A DNA stretch of 64,000 nucleotides from Mobula hypostoma (taxonomy: Eukaryota), in NCBI RefSeq assembly GCF_963921235.1, contig NC_086097.1:198278001-198342000 (forward strand), written 5' to 3'. The translations under genes were made by a program, and so were the position numbers. Each line of letters opens with the position of its first letter. The first letter of the stretch is position 1. The notes below the pieces were generated by a model. That model saw only the letters and a list, made by a program, of their open reading frames with translations, was not told the origin of the DNA and searched no databases. Of this stretch, positions 61,250-64,000 are shown piece by piece.

Positions 61250-64000
61250 GTGATTACTAGAGAGACAGTTCACGGCTCAGAAAGATGGCTAAACGTGCAG
61301 GGATGGTTAGCAACCCAACCTGCATCTTCCAACAGGAAAAATCCTGACAAGCTACGGGCAGACCTACAGAGATGTACCCCAAGGGGAGCCTGAGAGGTAG
61401 GGGATGATGAGCATCCCACCAGAACAGAACTCTCACCAGAACGTCAACCTTTGTAAACAGATTTGTGATTACAAATTAGAAATCCATTGGAAGCAAAGTA
61501 TGCAAGAACCTACGTGGTCTAAAATACATTAGGCCAAGTTGAAATGCCTGGAGTAGGAGAGAGCAATGCACTGCCTAAGATTCAGTCCTGGTGTGATGCA
61601 GGAGGACAGGCCTGGAGTCACCCCACGTACCCAGAACCTCCAAGTGCCAGAAAGTCCCACTCCAGGCAGAGTAGCAGATTACCTATGGGTTAAGTGGCCT
61701 CCAAAAAGCCAATAGAGAAAGTGGTTACACTTTGAGAAGGATGTGAGCCAATAGCTAAGGGAGATGTCGATCGATAACTCCAGACGATGTCAGCTGTCTT
61801 TGTCAGCTTCGCTACTGAGAGATTCGGCCTAGTGCAGAGGAAAACCAGCAAAGCCTCCTACATGGTGGCCAAAATACATTAGCTGCGTCAAGTTCCAATC
61901 TCTGACTTAACAGTATTAGGAGGCAAGCGAAGAAGAGAAACCATCGCTTGCTGAGTTCTATAACATCCTCAGTGTAAGCTTATGATACTGTGCAGGGCAG
62001 AAAGACATAAAAGACAGGGAAGAGAGAGAGCCAAGAAACAAACTGCCTTGATTGTCAACGCCTATGGATTCACCAAGCAGCTGCTAGGCCAGAAGCAGAG
62101 TGGGTACTCTGCATGTTTCAAACAAGAGAGGAATCTATACCTTCAGAAAACCCTAGCACCTTAGTAGGTTCTCCTCCGCATGTGGTTGAGTTCTATGGCA
62201 GGAAGCCCAGTTGGAAGGAGATCCAGAAAGTAGACAGAGCAGTCGGAGCCAGTTCTGCCCAGGTCCCAGTGGAGTACCCTACAAGGTGTACAAGCACAGC
62301 CCTAAGCTCCTCCAGCTACTTTGGAAATTCCTTAGGGTTGTCTGGCATAGGGGAAAGGTTGTGGACCAGTGGAGGTGTGCAGAGGGAATCTGGATCCCAA
62401 AGAGGTGAACTCAAAGGACACTGAGCAGCTTGGATTCATCTCACTGCTCCTATGGAAGGAAAGGTGTTTTCATTATCTTTCCCTGTTGCCTGACAGAATT
62501 TTTCCTCAAAAATAACTACATTGATACATCTGTACAGAAAGGAGGGATTCCTAGAGTGCCAAGGTGTTTGGAACACACAGCTATGGTTTCCCAGCTGAAC
62601 AGGGAAGTGTGCGAAGAAAAGAGGGCCTTAGACATACTATGGCTAGATCTTGCCAACGATTATGTGTCATTATCACATAAGATGGTGGAAATTGCACTGA
62701 ATCAACGTCATGTTCTAAGGAGGATAAAGGACCTCATCCTGGACTACTATGGGAACTTCAGATTGAGGGTGTCCTCAGGAACAACCACATCAGCTGGCAC
62801 CAACTTGAGAAGGGTATTATAACCAGATGTGCAATCCCAGTGATCCTCTACTCCCTGAACATGGGCATGCTGATTAAAGAGGCTGAAGTGGAGTGTAGAG
62901 GTTCTCTGACTGAGATAGGCATGCAGCAGCTTCAATTGGAGCCTTTTATGGATGACCTCATGGTGACAACCACATCAGTCCCGGGCAGCAGATAGATCCT
63001 CCTGAGGCTAAAGAAGATCATTGCATAGGCAAGGATGAGCTTTAAGCCAGAGAGATCCATGTCTCTGGTGTTAAAGAAAGGCAGACTGGGAACAAGTTCC
63101 ATTACTCTTTGGATGGTATTGCTATTCCACCCGTCTCTGAGAAACCAGTCAAGAGCCTGGCGAAGGTCTTTGACTGCAACTTTAGAAATGCGACTGCCTT
63201 CCAGAAGACCACCAAGGAGCTAGACGTCTGGCTGACCAGTGCGGACAAGTCAGACCTAGCAGGCAAGTTCAAGGCCTGGATCTACCAGCATGGCATCTTC
63301 CCCAAATCCTCTGGCCAATGCTGATATATGAGGTATCCATGCCAACAGTTGAGGCTCTTGAAAGAAAGATCAATGGCTACCGTCGAAGATGGCTAGGCCT
63401 CCCACATTGCCAGAGCAGCATTATTCTGTATGGGAAGAGGAAGAAACTTCAGCTTCCCTTCAGTAGCCTAAATGGAGAGTTTATGGTTTCCTATACGAAA
63501 GAATTGCTGTTGTACACAGATTTCAACAACTCCAAAGTCCTAACAGCAGCTATTGAGGTCCAGACAGGCAGGAAATGGAAGGCCAAGAACGCAGTAGAGA
63601 TGGCTGAGGTACAGGGATCTGGTAGGGATAGTGGCGTCTGGTCAGGCAGGGCTGGGCATCTTTCCGTCTACCTGTTTTTACAGGGCCCAGGGCAGGGACA
63701 GATGCAAAATGGAAGAGTTGTGAGCAGCTGTCAAGGAAGAGCTGTAGAGGATGGTAGGAATGGGGCAGCAGGGAGCAAGATGGGAGGGTGCCCTGAACTG
63801 AAAGAGCTACTGGTTCAACATCTGGTAGAGAGAACCCCAGCACATCAAGTTTATGATCCAGGCTGGGTACAATATCCTGCCTAGTCCAGTGAATTTGTTT
63901 AGCAAAGGGACTTAGGAACATATTTTCAGCAGCTGCGCAACAGCCCAGGGAGAAGGCTGCTGCCACTGATGCCATGATCAGGTGCTGAAGGTAGTGGCAG
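61250..64000 (+). mobile_element. Decayed R2-superfamily (Hero-like) non-LTR retrotransposon, runs off the window
   Basis: N-terminal finger remnant KVCKNLRGLK, VKWPP, PGPSGVPYKVYK, QKGGIP..CLEH, WLDLAN, AFMDDL, GKFKAWIYQHG and TGRKW motifs; heavily frameshifted. Confidence 0.8.

Overview
Vertebrate nuclear DNA, most likely a cartilaginous fish such as a ray (inferred from HE1-like SINEs and the CR1, Rex1/Babar and Penelope-like repertoire). Well over half of the window is layered, mostly decayed transposons: CR1 LINEs (two full-length, one young 5'-truncated copy with an unbroken RT frame), Rex1/Babar and RTE LINEs, Penelope-like elements (PLEs), an internally deleted Gypsy LTR element, a Hero-like RLE element, SINEs and DNA-transposon MITEs, often nested 3-4 deep. 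No complete cellular gene is visible. Three or four tiny minus-strand candidate exons are phase-compatible, which suggests the window is mostly intron of an unidentified large gene. The most striking signal missing from the ORF track is a set of minimal hammerhead-ribozyme motifs in PLE termini. These include a 98-bp ribozyme-only insertion and fold-back mini-elements with one long and one short inverted arm, flanked by 11-14 bp target-site duplications (TSDs). PLE hammerheads are known in general; the repeated TSD-flanked fold-back architecture is the part worth testing. All family calls and boundaries are by eye, with no database search.
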